A stretch of 64,000 nucleotides of DNA from an uncultured Dehalococcoidia bacterium (GTDB lineage: Bacteria > Chloroflexota > Dehalococcoidia > Dehalococcoidales > UBA1222): positions 85,664 to 149,663 of the forward strand of contig CAIMVG010000008.1 of assembly GCA_903844845.1 (NCBI GenBank), given 5' to 3'. The translations under genes and the position numbers were made by a program. Of this stretch, positions 46,100 to 56,242 are shown piece after piece (position 1 is the first letter of the stretch; every line of letters starts with the position of its first letter). Below the pieces are notes generated by a model that saw nothing but the letters and a program-made list of their open reading frames with translations, searched no databases and was not told the DNA's origin.

Positions 46100-48526
46100 A
46101 TGAAGAAATTTACTAAAGAGATATTCTCTTATTTCGGTATACCGCTGATCATCGCTCTGGTATCATATATGTTTTTCCAGTTGCACGACATACTGCTCGG
46201 CATCGTGACCCTGGTGGTCCTCAGCGCTGTTTATGCGACTATACAGCTTTATTTTACGCACCGGAAATGGTGGCTTGGCCTCGTATTGGCGGGATTGGCC
46301 CTGGGTTACCTCGCTTTCTTCCTGCTGAGGGCACCAACGATCACTCTTTCAATCAACGGACAGGAAGTAAGGGCTAACAGTGTCACCCTCTCGTCTGGTT
46401 CGATACTGGTGAGCCCTTCCCCTCAATCAAACGGGGAATATTCCAAAAACACAGTAATCACCCTCACAGCGAGCCCATCTGAAGGGTATGACTGGAAGGG
46501 ATGGACAGGCACCGCCGACAATACAGCCAATCCTACCACGGTGACGATGAACAAAGACAAACACGTAACTGCCATTTTTGAACGGCGTTACTCGTTAATC
46601 ATCAATAATCAGCAGGTAATAGGTTCGCTCGTAAGCTTCAATGAGGGCTCGGTGCTGGTTAACCCCGCTCCCGAAGGCGACGGAAAATATACAAGCGGGA
46701 CTGTTGTCACGCTGAAAGCTGCACCAACTTCAGGTTATGACTGGAAAAGCTGGATCGGCACCGATAACGATACTTCTAACCCTGCCACTTTAACTGTCAA
46801 TAACGACAAAACCCTGACGGTGAATTTCTTACAACGCTTCACTTTGACCATCGGCAACCAACTAGTTATAGGCACAAGCGTCACTCTCGATACAGGATCG
46901 GTTCTGATAGACCCCGCACCGGGAGGGGACAGCAAATATTCCAGCGGGACCGTCGTCACTATGACCGCCCTTCCGAACACTGGATACGATTGGAAAAGCT
47001 GGTCAGGGACAGCAAACGACAGTGCCAATCCTACCAAAGTGATTATCGTAAGCGATAAACACGTCACCGTGACATTTAACCCGAGGCACTCTCTGAGCAT
47101 CAACAACCAGGCCGTAACTTCAACCAATGTAAGCGTCACCGGAGGCCTCGTATCCGTAGCTCCCGCTCCGGGAACAGACAACCTTTTTACAAAGGACACC
47201 GTCATAACCCTCATGGCGGCACCCTCTTCAGGATACCGGTTTGACCACTGGAGCGGAGATGCTTCCGGGGCTCTGGCGTCCGTTACCGTTACGATGAACA
47301 GCAACAAGAGTGTGACCGCCACATTCATCAAGACCTGGACGTTCGTGACATCGACAAGCCCTGTTGCGGGAGGCACGGTTTCGCCGCCAAACGCAACTTA
47401 CGACGACGGCGCCGCCATAACCCTTACCGCCTCCCCGGCGGCAGGTTACCGTTTCGACCACTGGAGCGGCGACGCAACAGGCAACCTGCCCTCAATCAAC
47501 GTCACGATGAGTGCTTCTAAAAATATATCCGCCAACTTCGTGAAAATCTGGAATCTCGCAACCTCGGCTGTCCCGACGACAGGAGGAACGATTTCTCCCT
47601 CCGGAGGCACCTTTGACGAGGGGATCGTCCTTTCACTCACAGCGATGCCTGCTTCTGGATACCGATTCGACCACTGGAATGGAGATGCCACCGGCACCGT
47701 ACCTACCATAAGCTTGACTATGAGCGCTGCAAGAAACGTCACAGCAATCTTTGTAAAAATTTGGGCACTTACTACGGCTGTTGATCCGGCTGCGGGCGGC
47801 ACGATCACCCCCGCTCCAGGGACTTTCGATGACGAAACTGTCGTTTCCCTCAAGGCGATACCGGCGACCGGATACAGGTTCGATCATTGGAGCGGCGACG
47901 CCTCGGGTACGACTGCTACGGTAAGCGTTACCATGACCGGAAACAAGAGTGTCATTGCCGCATTCATCAAAACCTACCTCCTTACGGAGAGTGTCAATCC
48001 TACCGCGGGCGGGACTATTACGCCGAATGGAAACACCTATGATTCCGGAGTAGTTGTCACGCTAACCGCCACCGCATCCGCTGGGTATCGCTTCGACCAT
48101 TGGAGCGGAGATGTCTCCGGGACATTGCCCAATGTCGACGTCGCAATGTCTGCGAACAGGAGTGTAACCGCCACTTTCGTCAAGGTTTGGACACTCACCA
48201 CTTTGAATGTTCCTGTTTCAGCCGGTTCAGTTTTTCCTGCAAACGGCACATTCGACGATGGAACTGTGGTCACGCTCACAGCCACCGCCGTTACCGGGTT
48301 CAAGTTTGAACACTGGAGCGGAGATGTAAGCGGTACTCTGACCCTTCCCACAATAGATGTGACGATGAATTCAAATAAAAACATCATCGCCAACTTCATC
48401 GTGACCGTTTCTTCTCCTGCCGGCAGTCCCGTGAATATCAAATTGGGGCTGTTCGGGAATCTTGACCCCGGGTCTTTTTCAGCTCAATACGTAGCCCTGC
48501 CTTCACAGAAAAAGGAATTCAGCTGA
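46100..48526 (+). CDS. membrane-anchored InlB B-repeat (Flg_new-type) repeat protein
   Basis: Three N-terminal TM helices, then nine tandem modules. Four are about 83 aa with GYDWK[GS]W. Five are about 71 aa with GY[RK]F[DE]HW[SN]GD...VTMxxNKxVTAxF. Confidence 0.8.
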   Translation: MKKFTKEIFSYFGIPLIIALVSYMFFQLHDILLGIVTLVVLSAVYATIQLYFTHRKWWLGLVLAGLALGYLAFFLLRAPTITLSINGQEVRANSVTLSSGSILVSPSPQSNGEYSKNTVITLTASPSEGYDWKGWTGTADNTANPTTVTMNKDKHVTAIFERRYSLIINNQQVIGSLVSFNEGSVLVNPAPEGDGKYTSGTVVTLKAAPTSGYDWKSWIGTDNDTSNPATLTVNNDKTLTVNFLQRFTLTIGNQLVIGTSVTLDTGSVLIDPAPGGDSKYSSGTVVTMTALPNTGYDWKSWSGTANDSANPTKVIIVSDKHVTVTFNPRHSLSINNQAVTSTNVSVTGGLVSVAPAPGTDNLFTKDTVITLMAAPSSGYRFDHWSGDASGALASVTVTMNSNKSVTATFIKTWTFVTSTSPVAGGTVSPPNATYDDGAAITLTASPAAGYRFDHWSGDATGNLPSINVTMSASKNISANFVKIWNLATSAVPTTGGTISPSGGTFDEGIVLSLTAMPASGYRFDHWNGDATGTVPTISLTMSAARNVTAIFVKIWALTTAVDPAAGGTITPAPGTFDDETVVSLKAIPATGYRFDHWSGDASGTTATVSVTMTGNKSVIAAFIKTYLLTESVNPTAGGTITPNGNTYDSGVVVTLTATASAGYRFDHWSGDVSGTLPNVDVAMSANRSVTATFVKVWTLTTLNVPVSAGSVFPANGTFDDGTVVTLTATAVTGFKFEHWSGDVSGTLTLPTIDVTMNSNKNIIANFIVTVSSPAGSPVNIKLGLFGNLDPGSFSAQYVALPSQKKEFS

Positions 48527-48559
48527 TTTTATCGTCAACATCTTTTCTCCCAAATCAAT

Positions 48560-48589
48560 AACGAGCCCTGATTCCGTTCAGGGCTCGTT
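48560..48589 (+). terminator. hairpin downstream of the repeat-protein gene (no U-tract)
   Basis: AACGAGCCCTGA-TTCCGT-TCAGGGCTCGTT, a perfect 12-bp stem. No T-run follows it. Confidence 0.4.
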
Positions 48590-48832
48590 AGAATATCAAG
48601 CCTCTCCGGCTCTAAGCCGTATCTTGAGTTTCCCGGACTGTAAACAATGCCGACCTAGACGAACGGGATGTGCAAACCTGCCATAGTTAAATTACCCACC
48701 GTGTTTAATGCGTATCACATCATTTTGCCTGGATTTTTCGATCGAAGAGCTACAATTCACGGTATAATACGAAGAAGTTCACAATAATAACATTGGCCTC
48801 ATCGTCCAAAGTTTATTCGGGAGAAAATCACA

Positions 48833-49201
48833 ATGGATGCTGTTGAGTACAAGACTATAGACGAATATATCGCGGGTTTTCCCCAAAACATCCAGGCTAT
48901 TTTGACAAAAATGAGACAGTCCATTAAAGAAACAGCCCCGGATGCCAAGGAAACAATCGCCTACAGGATGCCGACGTTCCGATTGAACGGCAACCTTGTG
49001 CATTTTGCAGCATTCGCAAATCACATCGGATTTTATCCGACGCCATCGGGTATTTTGGCGTTTGAAAAAGATCTGGCGGGTTACGAAACATCTAAAGGCG
49101 CCATCAGGTTCCCCCTCGACAAACCGATCCCTTATGAACTTGTGAAAAAGATAACGAAATTCAGGGTGAACGAAACATCGGAGAAAAAAGCTGCCATCTA
49201 A
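48833..49201 (+). CDS. DUF1801 (YdhG-like) domain protein
   Basis: IDEYIAGFPQNIQAILTKMRQSIKETAPDAKETIAYRMPTF. Confidence 0.75.
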   Translation: MDAVEYKTIDEYIAGFPQNIQAILTKMRQSIKETAPDAKETIAYRMPTFRLNGNLVHFAAFANHIGFYPTPSGILAFEKDLAGYETSKGAIRFPLDKPIPYELVKKITKFRVNETSEKKAAI

Positions 49202-49231
49202 CTGTAGAAAAACTGGCACCTTATTCGTAAT

Positions 49232-49260
49232 TTACACACAACTAGCGGTTATGTTATAAT
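49232..49260 (+). promoter_or_regulatory. sigma70-type promoter of rpsO-pnp
   Basis: TTACAC, 17-nt spacer, TATAAT (49255-49260). Confidence 0.5.
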
Positions 49261-49296
49261 TTGACGAATAAAAAAGATGATAATGGGGGAAATAAC

Positions 49297-49563
49297 TTGA
49301 TAGACCTACAGAAGAAAACGGAAATCATCAAGGCCCACGGTCGCCACGAGGGTGACTCGGGTTCGACCGAAGTGCAGGTGGCGTTGCTCACCGAACGCAT
49401 CACAGAGCTGACCCGCCACATGACCGCAAACGGCCATGATTTCCATTCCAAACGCAGCTTGCTTCGACTTGTCGGCCAGCGCAGGCGGTTGCTCGCTTAC
49501 CTGATCAAGGAAGACATCAACCGCTACAAGAACCTTATCAAGGCTCTCGGACTGCGCAAGTAA
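49297..49563 (+). CDS. rpsO: 30S ribosomal protein S15
   Basis: GDSGSTEVQVALLTERI ... HDFHSKRSLLRLVGQRRRLLAYL. TTG 49297 is preferred, since the track start 49261 lies inside the promoter. Confidence 0.9.
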   Translation: MIDLQKKTEIIKAHGRHEGDSGSTEVQVALLTERITELTRHMTANGHDFHSKRSLLRLVGQRRRLLAYLIKEDINRYKNLIKALGLRK

Positions 49564-49595
49564 TTTAGATAAAATTTCCGACAAGGAGAACGCAA

Positions 49596-51758
49596 GTGGC
49601 ACAACCTTTTACAGTTGAGACCACTATCGGCGGGCGTAAGCTCAGTATCGAAACCGGCAAATTAGCCGGCCAGGCTGAAGCCGCTGTTAGTTTACGGTAT
49701 GGTGACACGGTAGTCCTGGTAACTGCATGCGTCAACCCCCAACCACGTGAGGGGGTTGATTTTTTACCGCTGACCGTCGATTTCGAGGAAAGGCTCTACG
49801 CTGTGGGCAAGATACCAGGCGGATTCATTCGCCGTGAAGGACGCCCCAGCGAAGAAGCGACACTTACTTCCCGCCTGACAGACCGGCCCCTGCGCCCCCT
49901 CCTACCCAAGTCATGGCGGCGCGAGATTCAGGTAATCATTACCGTACTGTCGGCCGACCACGAGAACGATCCAGACACGCTCGCCATCCTAGGCGGCTCC
50001 TGTGCACTCGGCATGTCATCGGTGCCTTTCGAAGGCCCCGTGGGTGCCTGCCATGTCGGGTATATCGACGGGCAATATGTGGTCAACCCCACCCTTCCTG
50101 AAATGGAAAAAAGCCTTATAGACCTGGTCGTGGCCAGCACTAAAAAGGCTGTCGTCATGATCGAGGCCGGCGCCAAAGAAGTATCAGAGGAAATTGCGGC
50201 GGGGGCTATCCGGTTCGCCCACCAGGCAAATCAGGAACTCATCACGCTCCAGGAAAAAATGATTGAGGCTGTTGGCAGGGTCAAAGAAGCCTATCCCAAG
50301 TCAGAGCCCAATACCGAACTTATCGCAGCCGAACAAGCCATCATCGGCGACAGGCTTCCCGGCGCCCTAAACCACCCGTTCAAGGCACAGAGGGATCCTG
50401 GGCTTGAAAAGCTCAAGAAGGAACTTATCGCGGGGCTTGGTGAGAAATACACGCCCGCAGAGATACTTTCGGTTTATGACAATCTGATAAGGAATGAACT
50501 TCGGCAGAATATCCTTAAAAACGGGCGCCGCACCAGCGGCCGCTCTCTGACCCAGCTACGCCAGCTCGCCTGCGAAGTAGGGGTATTGCCGCGTGTCCAC
50601 GGAACCGGCCTTTTTACCCGCGGTGAAACCCAGGCGCTGACCATCACGACCCTCGGGAGTATGCGGGACGAACAACAGTTGGACGGGCTGGGAATAATAG
50701 ATACCAAGCGTTTCATGCATCACTATAACTTCCCCCCCTTCTCCACCGGCGAAACCAAAAGAGTGGGAACCCCCGGAAGGCGAGAGATTGGGCACGGAGC
50801 ATTGGCCGAGCGGGCGCTTCTGCCGGTCATCCCTCCTGAAGCGGACTTCCCGTACACAATCCGTCTTGTTTCCGAGATAATGAGTTCCAGCGGATCTACC
50901 TCCATGGCCTCGGTTTGCGCTTCTACCCTGTCCATGATGGATGCAGGCATCCCGATCAAAGCTCCCGTAGCCGGCATTTCGATGGGCTTGGTCACCGGCG
51001 AGAACGGCGAACACGCCGTACTTACCGACATCGAGGGCATCGAAGACAACTACGGCGACATGGACTACAAAGTAGCCGGAACGGCCGCCGGCATCACGGC
51101 GCTCCAGCTCGACATCAAACTCAAAGGAGTAAGCCTCGAGATACTGGAAGAAGCCATGCTCCAGAGCCGCGAAACGCGCCTTTTCATCCTGGAATCCATG
51201 CATAAAGCCATCTCCTCACCACGTGCCGAACTTTCAAAGTACGCGCCACGCATGTACAAGATGGTAATCGACCAGGAGAAGATAGGCACCGTCATCGGCC
51301 CGGGCGGAAAAACCATCCGAGCCATCACAGAAGGCTCCAAGGCCACCGTGGACATCGCGCCCGACGGAACCGTCATCATCGGCGCCGTCGATGAAACCTC
51401 TGCCAAAGCGGCGATGAAAATGATCGAAGACCTGACCCGCGAGATAAAAGTCGGGGAAATATTCAACGGCAAGGTCGTTCGCATAATGAATTTCGGCGCT
51501 TTTGTAGAGCTTTTACCCGGTAAAGACGGCATGGTACACGTTTCGGAACTCGCCAACCAACGCGTTGAAAAAGTTGAAGACGTCGTCAAAGTAGGCGACA
51601 TGATACAAGTTAAAGTAATCGAAATAGATAATCAGGGCCGAATCAACCTTTCCCGCCGCGCTTTGCTTGCGCCTCCCGAAGGCGGGATGCCCGAGAACGG
51701 AGGCCCATCGCCACAACGGCCCGGTAGCGGCGGACGCCCTTTTAACCGGCCTCGGTAA
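49596..51758 (+). CDS. pnp: polyribonucleotide nucleotidyltransferase (PNPase)
   Basis: Two RNase PH domains, KH (GPGGKTIR) and S1 (GKVVRIMNFGAFVEL). GTG start. Confidence 0.97.
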   Translation: MAQPFTVETTIGGRKLSIETGKLAGQAEAAVSLRYGDTVVLVTACVNPQPREGVDFLPLTVDFEERLYAVGKIPGGFIRREGRPSEEATLTSRLTDRPLRPLLPKSWRREIQVIITVLSADHENDPDTLAILGGSCALGMSSVPFEGPVGACHVGYIDGQYVVNPTLPEMEKSLIDLVVASTKKAVVMIEAGAKEVSEEIAAGAIRFAHQANQELITLQEKMIEAVGRVKEAYPKSEPNTELIAAEQAIIGDRLPGALNHPFKAQRDPGLEKLKKELIAGLGEKYTPAEILSVYDNLIRNELRQNILKNGRRTSGRSLTQLRQLACEVGVLPRVHGTGLFTRGETQALTITTLGSMRDEQQLDGLGIIDTKRFMHHYNFPPFSTGETKRVGTPGRREIGHGALAERALLPVIPPEADFPYTIRLVSEIMSSSGSTSMASVCASTLSMMDAGIPIKAPVAGISMGLVTGENGEHAVLTDIEGIEDNYGDMDYKVAGTAAGITALQLDIKLKGVSLEILEEAMLQSRETRLFILESMHKAISSPRAELSKYAPRMYKMVIDQEKIGTVIGPGGKTIRAITEGSKATVDIAPDGTVIIGAVDETSAKAAMKMIEDLTREIKVGEIFNGKVVRIMNFGAFVELLPGKDGMVHVSELANQRVEKVEDVVKVGDMIQVKVIEIDNQGRINLSRRALLAPPEGGMPENGGPSPQRPGSGGRPFNRPR

Positions 51759-51780
51759 AAAAATACTGGGGGTAGGCAAA

Positions 51781-52572
51781 ATGTCTAAAATAAGAGTCGC
51801 GATACACGGCGCTTCAGGGAAAATGGGGCAGACGGTTATCGCGGCTCTTTCTTGCGAGCCGGACATAGACATCGTGGGTGCGGTGGACATCAAATCTCCA
51901 TCAGGGACTTGTTGCCTGCCTGACGGCCGAACAGTGCCGATGGCACCCGATGCCAGCATTATCTTTGCTTCCTGTAAACCTGAAGTAATTGTCGATTTTT
52001 CTACCGCCAACGCTATCTTGCCCCTGGCCCGTTCCGCATTCGAACACGGGGTAAGGCTGGTCAGCGGAACCACGGGCATCTCACCGGATTCACTCTCCGA
52101 AATAGACATGATGGCAAAAGAACACCATAGTTCGGCCATCATCGCATCCAATTTCGCGATCGGCGCACTCGTGATGATTCACCTGGCGCGCATAGCGGCA
52201 AGGTATTTCGACTATGCGGACATCACCGAACAACACCACCAGTTCAAGCTTGACGCCCCTTCCGGAACGGCACTTTCGACCGCAAAAGCTATGGCCGCAG
52301 AACGGGGGCGGCCTTTTCTCAATCCCGAACAAAAGGGAGGCCTGCAAGAAAGCCGCGGCCTCAAGTTTGAGGGTATCAATATTCACAGCGCCAGGATGCC
52401 AGGCATCGTGGCCAGGCAGGAAGTGCTGTTCGGCGCTGACGGCCAAACTCTCAGCATAAAACATGATGCTATCAGCCGCGAATGCTACATGCCTGGCATT
52501 AAACTCGCTGTCAGGGAAGTTTCAAAACAAACCGGCCTTGTTTTCGGCCTGGAAACCCTACTCGGTCTATAG
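51781..52572 (+). CDS. dapB: 4-hydroxy-tetrahydrodipicolinate reductase
   Basis: GASGKMG NAD(P) site, EQHHQFKLDAPSGTA. Start reset to MSKIRVAIHG. Confidence 0.9.
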   Translation: MSKIRVAIHGASGKMGQTVIAALSCEPDIDIVGAVDIKSPSGTCCLPDGRTVPMAPDASIIFASCKPEVIVDFSTANAILPLARSAFEHGVRLVSGTTGISPDSLSEIDMMAKEHHSSAIIASNFAIGALVMIHLARIAARYFDYADITEQHHQFKLDAPSGTALSTAKAMAAERGRPFLNPEQKGGLQESRGLKFEGINIHSARMPGIVARQEVLFGADGQTLSIKHDAISRECYMPGIKLAVREVSKQTGLVFGLETLLGL

Positions 52573-52580
52573 GAGGTCAG

Positions 52581-53606
52581 ATGAACGGATACAGGGTGGC
52601 CATCGTGGGCGCTACCGGGCTTGTCGGTGGAGAGTTTATCAAGGTACTTGAAGAGCGTGACTTCCCGGTAAGCACGATGCAGCTTTTCGCATCCGATCGC
52701 TCCGCCGGTAAAAAACTATTCTATAACCACAGGGAGTACGAAGTTAAAGAAACATCGCCAGAGTCATTCCGCGACGTGGACATCGCCCTGTTTTCAGCCG
52801 GAGCCGACATCAGCCGGTATTTCGCGCCGATAGCTGCACGTTCCGGAGCGGTGGTTATCGACAACAGCGCAGCCTTCCGCATGGAGGAAGACGTGCCCCT
52901 CGTGGTTCCTGAGATAAATGCCGGGGATATCAAAAAGCATAAAGGCATTATTGCCAATCCGAATTGCTCCACCATCCAGATGGTGGTTGCCCTCAACCCG
53001 CTTCATAAAATCAATCCCATCAAGCGGATCGTCGTCACCACCTTTCAGTCGGTTTCTGGGACGGGGTCGGCAGCAATCGACGAATTGACCATACAGTCCA
53101 AACAGATACTGGGCGCCCAGAACGTCGTACCCCACGTTTATCCCCACCAGATAGCTTTTAACGTACTCCCCCAGATCGATGTCTTCCTCGATAATGCCTA
53201 CACCAAAGAGGAATGGAAGATGGTGGAAGAGACACGCAAGATAATGCATGACGACGATATCCTCGTATCGGCTACCTGTGTCCGTGTACCTGTATTTATC
53301 AGCCATAGCGAAGCTGTTAACGTGGAATTCACAAACTCGATATCTCCGGATGATGCGAGGCGTATCCTCGCCCAGGCACCGGGGGTGCGCGTCCTGGATG
53401 ACCCGGCCATCAGCCTTTACCCCCACCCCTGGATGGCGGCTGGCACTGATGACACCTATGTGGGGCGCATACGCCGCGACGTTTCGGCCAGCAATAGCCT
53501 GGTGATGTGGATAGTTGCTGACAACGTGCGTAAGGGGGCGGCCCTTAACGCAGTACAGATAGCCGAAGAGTTGGTGCGCCATGAGTGGCTGCATCCGGGA
53601 GCATAA
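52581..53606 (+). CDS. asd: aspartate-semialdehyde dehydrogenase
   Basis: VGATGLVG, active site NPNCSTIQM. Confidence 0.95.
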   Translation: MNGYRVAIVGATGLVGGEFIKVLEERDFPVSTMQLFASDRSAGKKLFYNHREYEVKETSPESFRDVDIALFSAGADISRYFAPIAARSGAVVIDNSAAFRMEEDVPLVVPEINAGDIKKHKGIIANPNCSTIQMVVALNPLHKINPIKRIVVTTFQSVSGTGSAAIDELTIQSKQILGAQNVVPHVYPHQIAFNVLPQIDVFLDNAYTKEEWKMVEETRKIMHDDDILVSATCVRVPVFISHSEAVNVEFTNSISPDDARRILAQAPGVRVLDDPAISLYPHPWMAAGTDDTYVGRIRRDVSASNSLVMWIVADNVRKGAALNAVQIAEELVRHEWLHPGA

Positions 53607-53607
53607 A

Positions 53608-54516
53608 ATGAAAAGCGGTAAAGAGCTCGGCCGGCTTATCACGGCCATGGTTACGCCTTTCGACCCAAACGGGGCCGTGGACTATCCTCAGGCGCGCAAA
53701 CTGGCAAAGGCCCTCATTGATTCGGGCAGTGACGGCATCGTTGTCGTGGGCACCACCGGAGAATCGCCTACAGTAACATGGGAAGAGGAACATCGTCTCT
53801 TCCGCGAGATAGAATCGGTCGTTGGAAAGAGCGGGGCAGTCATTGCCGGTACAGGCTCCAACAGCACAGAAGAGGCCAGGGAAAACACCATCCGGGCGGA
53901 AGAATGGGGCGTGGACGCCTGCCTGCTGGTGGTTCCCTATTACAACAAACCCACACAGGAAGGACTCTACCAACATTTCAAGACCATTGCTGAAAGCACA
54001 GCTCTGCCGTGCATTCTGTATAACGTCCCTTCGCGAACGGTCACCAACCTGTCTTCCGACACGGTTATCCGCCTAGCCAGGATCAAAAATATAGTCGGTC
54101 TTAAAGAAGCTTCAGGCGATATGGAACAGGTCGCCAGGGTAATCCGGGGAACACGCGAAATCCGGGACGATTTTGTAGTATGGAGCGGCAATGACGCCGA
54201 CACCCTACCCATGATGGCCATAGGGGCCTACGGAGTCATAAGCGTAGCCTCTCACCTGGTGGGCAACCAGATTAAGGACATGATAAACAACTTCGCTTCC
54301 GGGAATACCGCGGAGGCCGCCGAGATTCACCGCGATCTCGTGCCTCTTTTCAAAGACCTTTTCATTATTTCAAATCCTATCCCGGTGAAGTTCGCTCTTA
54401 ACCACGTTGGTTTCCCGGTCGGCGGGGTCCGCCTCCCGCTCACGGAGGCTGACGAAAAAACAGCCACAGTTGTGCGCGAAACTCTCAAACGCTACAAGAT
54501 TGACCTGCCGAGGTAG
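53608..54516 (+). CDS. dapA: 4-hydroxy-tetrahydrodipicolinate synthase
   Basis: VTPF, GTTGESPT, PYYNKP, LYNVPSRT. Start reset to MKSGKEL. Confidence 0.95.
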   Translation: MKSGKELGRLITAMVTPFDPNGAVDYPQARKLAKALIDSGSDGIVVVGTTGESPTVTWEEEHRLFREIESVVGKSGAVIAGTGSNSTEEARENTIRAEEWGVDACLLVVPYYNKPTQEGLYQHFKTIAESTALPCILYNVPSRTVTNLSSDTVIRLARIKNIVGLKEASGDMEQVARVIRGTREIRDDFVVWSGNDADTLPMMAIGAYGVISVASHLVGNQIKDMINNFASGNTAEAAEIHRDLVPLFKDLFIISNPIPVKFALNHVGFPVGGVRLPLTEADEKTATVVRETLKRYKIDLPR

Positions 54517-54817
54517 CTGGAATGGCGCATATCCGCATTTGGCTGACGTCCAGCGTCTCCTGGGCATTTGCGAAGAACCGCTGCGTATCGCAACCCGCGC
54601 AAAGCAAGGGCAACCGCCGGCACACAAGGTTTGTAAAAGAGCCCGGTTGTATTTACAACCAACCTCCAGTTGTAGGTTCCCGATCATCGAAGAAAACCGG
54701 GGAAACCGACGACTGTTACAAGCCCGTTATCGATAACAACAAGAAACGGCCCGACATTCACGGTTTTCGCCGTTCGTACTGGTTCGTCGAAAATTTCCTC
54801 GATTTCGGGGGCCAGCA

Positions 54818-55483
54818 TTGACGCACGAAGCGGAGACAAAATTCGGATCCCTTTTCCGCATCAACGAATCCATGGTCGAGAAAGCCTCGATAACGTGTGC
54901 CCGCGCTTTTGAGGGCGACCCTTTGACCTTATGGATGATTCCTGACACCTCAAAACGTTCCAACCTGCGTTATGCGTTCGAGACCATCCTCCGTGTAGCT
55001 GTGCTCGGCGGCTCCGACGCATACGCTACATCCTCTGAATGCGAGGGCGTGGCGATCTGGATGCCCGCCCGGGCAAAGCAGTCCATCGGTATACTCTTAC
55101 AGGCTGGATACCCCCAATTGCCGCTACGATGCGGCTGGCGATACCTCCTGCGCGATAGCAGGATGATGTCACTCTGCGAAAAGCTCAGGAAGAAGCTAGC
55201 GCCAGCCAAACACTACTACCTTAATACACTGGCTGTGGATCCCGGCTTCCAGGGTAAGGGTTTCGCGAGAGCCCTGTTAGCACCGATGCTCGAAAAGCTC
55301 GACCTGGACGATACATCCTGCTACGTCGAAACCCAGAACATGAAAAACGTTGACATGTACAAACACTTCGGTTTTAGACTGGTCCACGAAACGCTCATCC
55401 CGGGAACCGTACAGCACCTCTACCTGATGCTAAGAGACAAATCTCCGCACCCCGAGATTATATCTTCTGCGAACGGCTTTTAG
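54818..55483 (+). CDS. GNAT-family N-acetyltransferase
   Basis: LAVDPGFQGKGFARALL acetyl-CoA motif. Non-ATG start. Confidence 0.7.
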   Translation: MTHEAETKFGSLFRINESMVEKASITCARAFEGDPLTLWMIPDTSKRSNLRYAFETILRVAVLGGSDAYATSSECEGVAIWMPARAKQSIGILLQAGYPQLPLRCGWRYLLRDSRMMSLCEKLRKKLAPAKHYYLNTLAVDPGFQGKGFARALLAPMLEKLDLDDTSCYVETQNMKNVDMYKHFGFRLVHETLIPGTVQHLYLMLRDKSPHPEIISSANGF

Positions 55484-55752
55484 GCGGTTTGATTACGGTT
55501 CGATTTCGGTTGATTTTCGTACATCCTATCTGAATATTAATTAGTGACCGGTTTACAACTCTCCGGCTTCCGGTATATGATACTTTGCCATGACGATTGC
55601 TCAAAATGGGTACGCTAAGACTCATTAGGCCTTTACGCAAGATGCTGAACATCCGATTGTGTCTTCAATCATGGTTAACCCATGAACAAGAGCAAACCCC
55701 TGTGGTGACCTGTTTTTCAATAACCTGAATTTTCAATAACGAGGCGAATAAC

Positions 55753-55977
55753 ATGGATATCATGGAAACGGAACGAACGGCCCGTGAAGCGTTGGCCGAA
55801 GGAGATCTGAGGAAATCCAGGGATCTCTACACCAAACTGATAGAATTTATTCCTCAAAATCCCCTGTATTTCACTTATCTCGGTGAAATTTACCAACGCT
55901 TGGGCAACGTTGCAGAAGCACAAAAATGCAGAGCCGCGGCTGCGGCACTACTCGCGCCGCAACCGCCGTCCACCTGA
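55753..55977 (+). CDS. small TPR-like protein
   Basis: A single TPR-like unit, PLYFTYLGEIYQRLGNVAEAQKC. 74 aa. Confidence 0.4.
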   Translation: MDIMETERTAREALAEGDLRKSRDLYTKLIEFIPQNPLYFTYLGEIYQRLGNVAEAQKCRAAAAALLAPQPPST

Positions 55978-56194
55978 AAATTCGAGCGAATCCACCCTCA
56001 AGGTCAGGCTCTGTGTTTACCTGCTCCTTGCAATAGGTAGGGGCACTTCTTATATCCACAGCTGGAATACAGCCATCGTTATTGAGGCTGTTTATTCTAA
56101 CGTCAGAGACCGCCGATATGCTCACGAAAGGACGCGCGTTTTCCAGTCCTTCCAAGTCCCACCTTCCACCAATAGTGTAATGTTTATGAAAACC

Positions 56195-56224
56195 AAAAAG
56201 GGGGGAGTTCACTCCCCCCTTTTT
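56195..56224. terminator. bidirectional intrinsic terminator at the purA 3' end
   Basis: GGGGGGAG-TTCA-CTCCCCCC flanked by an A5 run and a T5 run. Confidence 0.8.
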
Positions 56225-56242
56225 GATAGTATCAAAACTGTA

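Noticed and set aside
46337-48431. Strong DNA periodicity of about 213-250 bp that could be mistaken for a repeat array or CRISPR.
   Set aside because: The periodicity lies inside one long ORF and corresponds to protein-domain repeats. There are no short conserved direct repeats with unique spacers and no cas genes.
54517-54817. A 300-nt non-coding spacer after dapA with several small hairpins (for example GGTTGT-ATTT-ACAACC and AACGGC...GCCGTT). It was considered as a lysine riboswitch or sRNA.
   Set aside because: It lies downstream, not upstream, of the lysine-pathway genes, and I could not recognise the L-box core or any other known RNA family. The ORFs in it (54522-54821 and 54407-54736) have junk-like translations. 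It is left unannotated.
55978-56194. A gene-free stretch upstream of the purA terminator, overlapped by ORFs 55871-56212 (minus) and 55883-56260 (plus).
   Set aside because: Both ORFs overlap each other and the terminator, lack SDs, and have implausible composition. No RNA motif was recognised.
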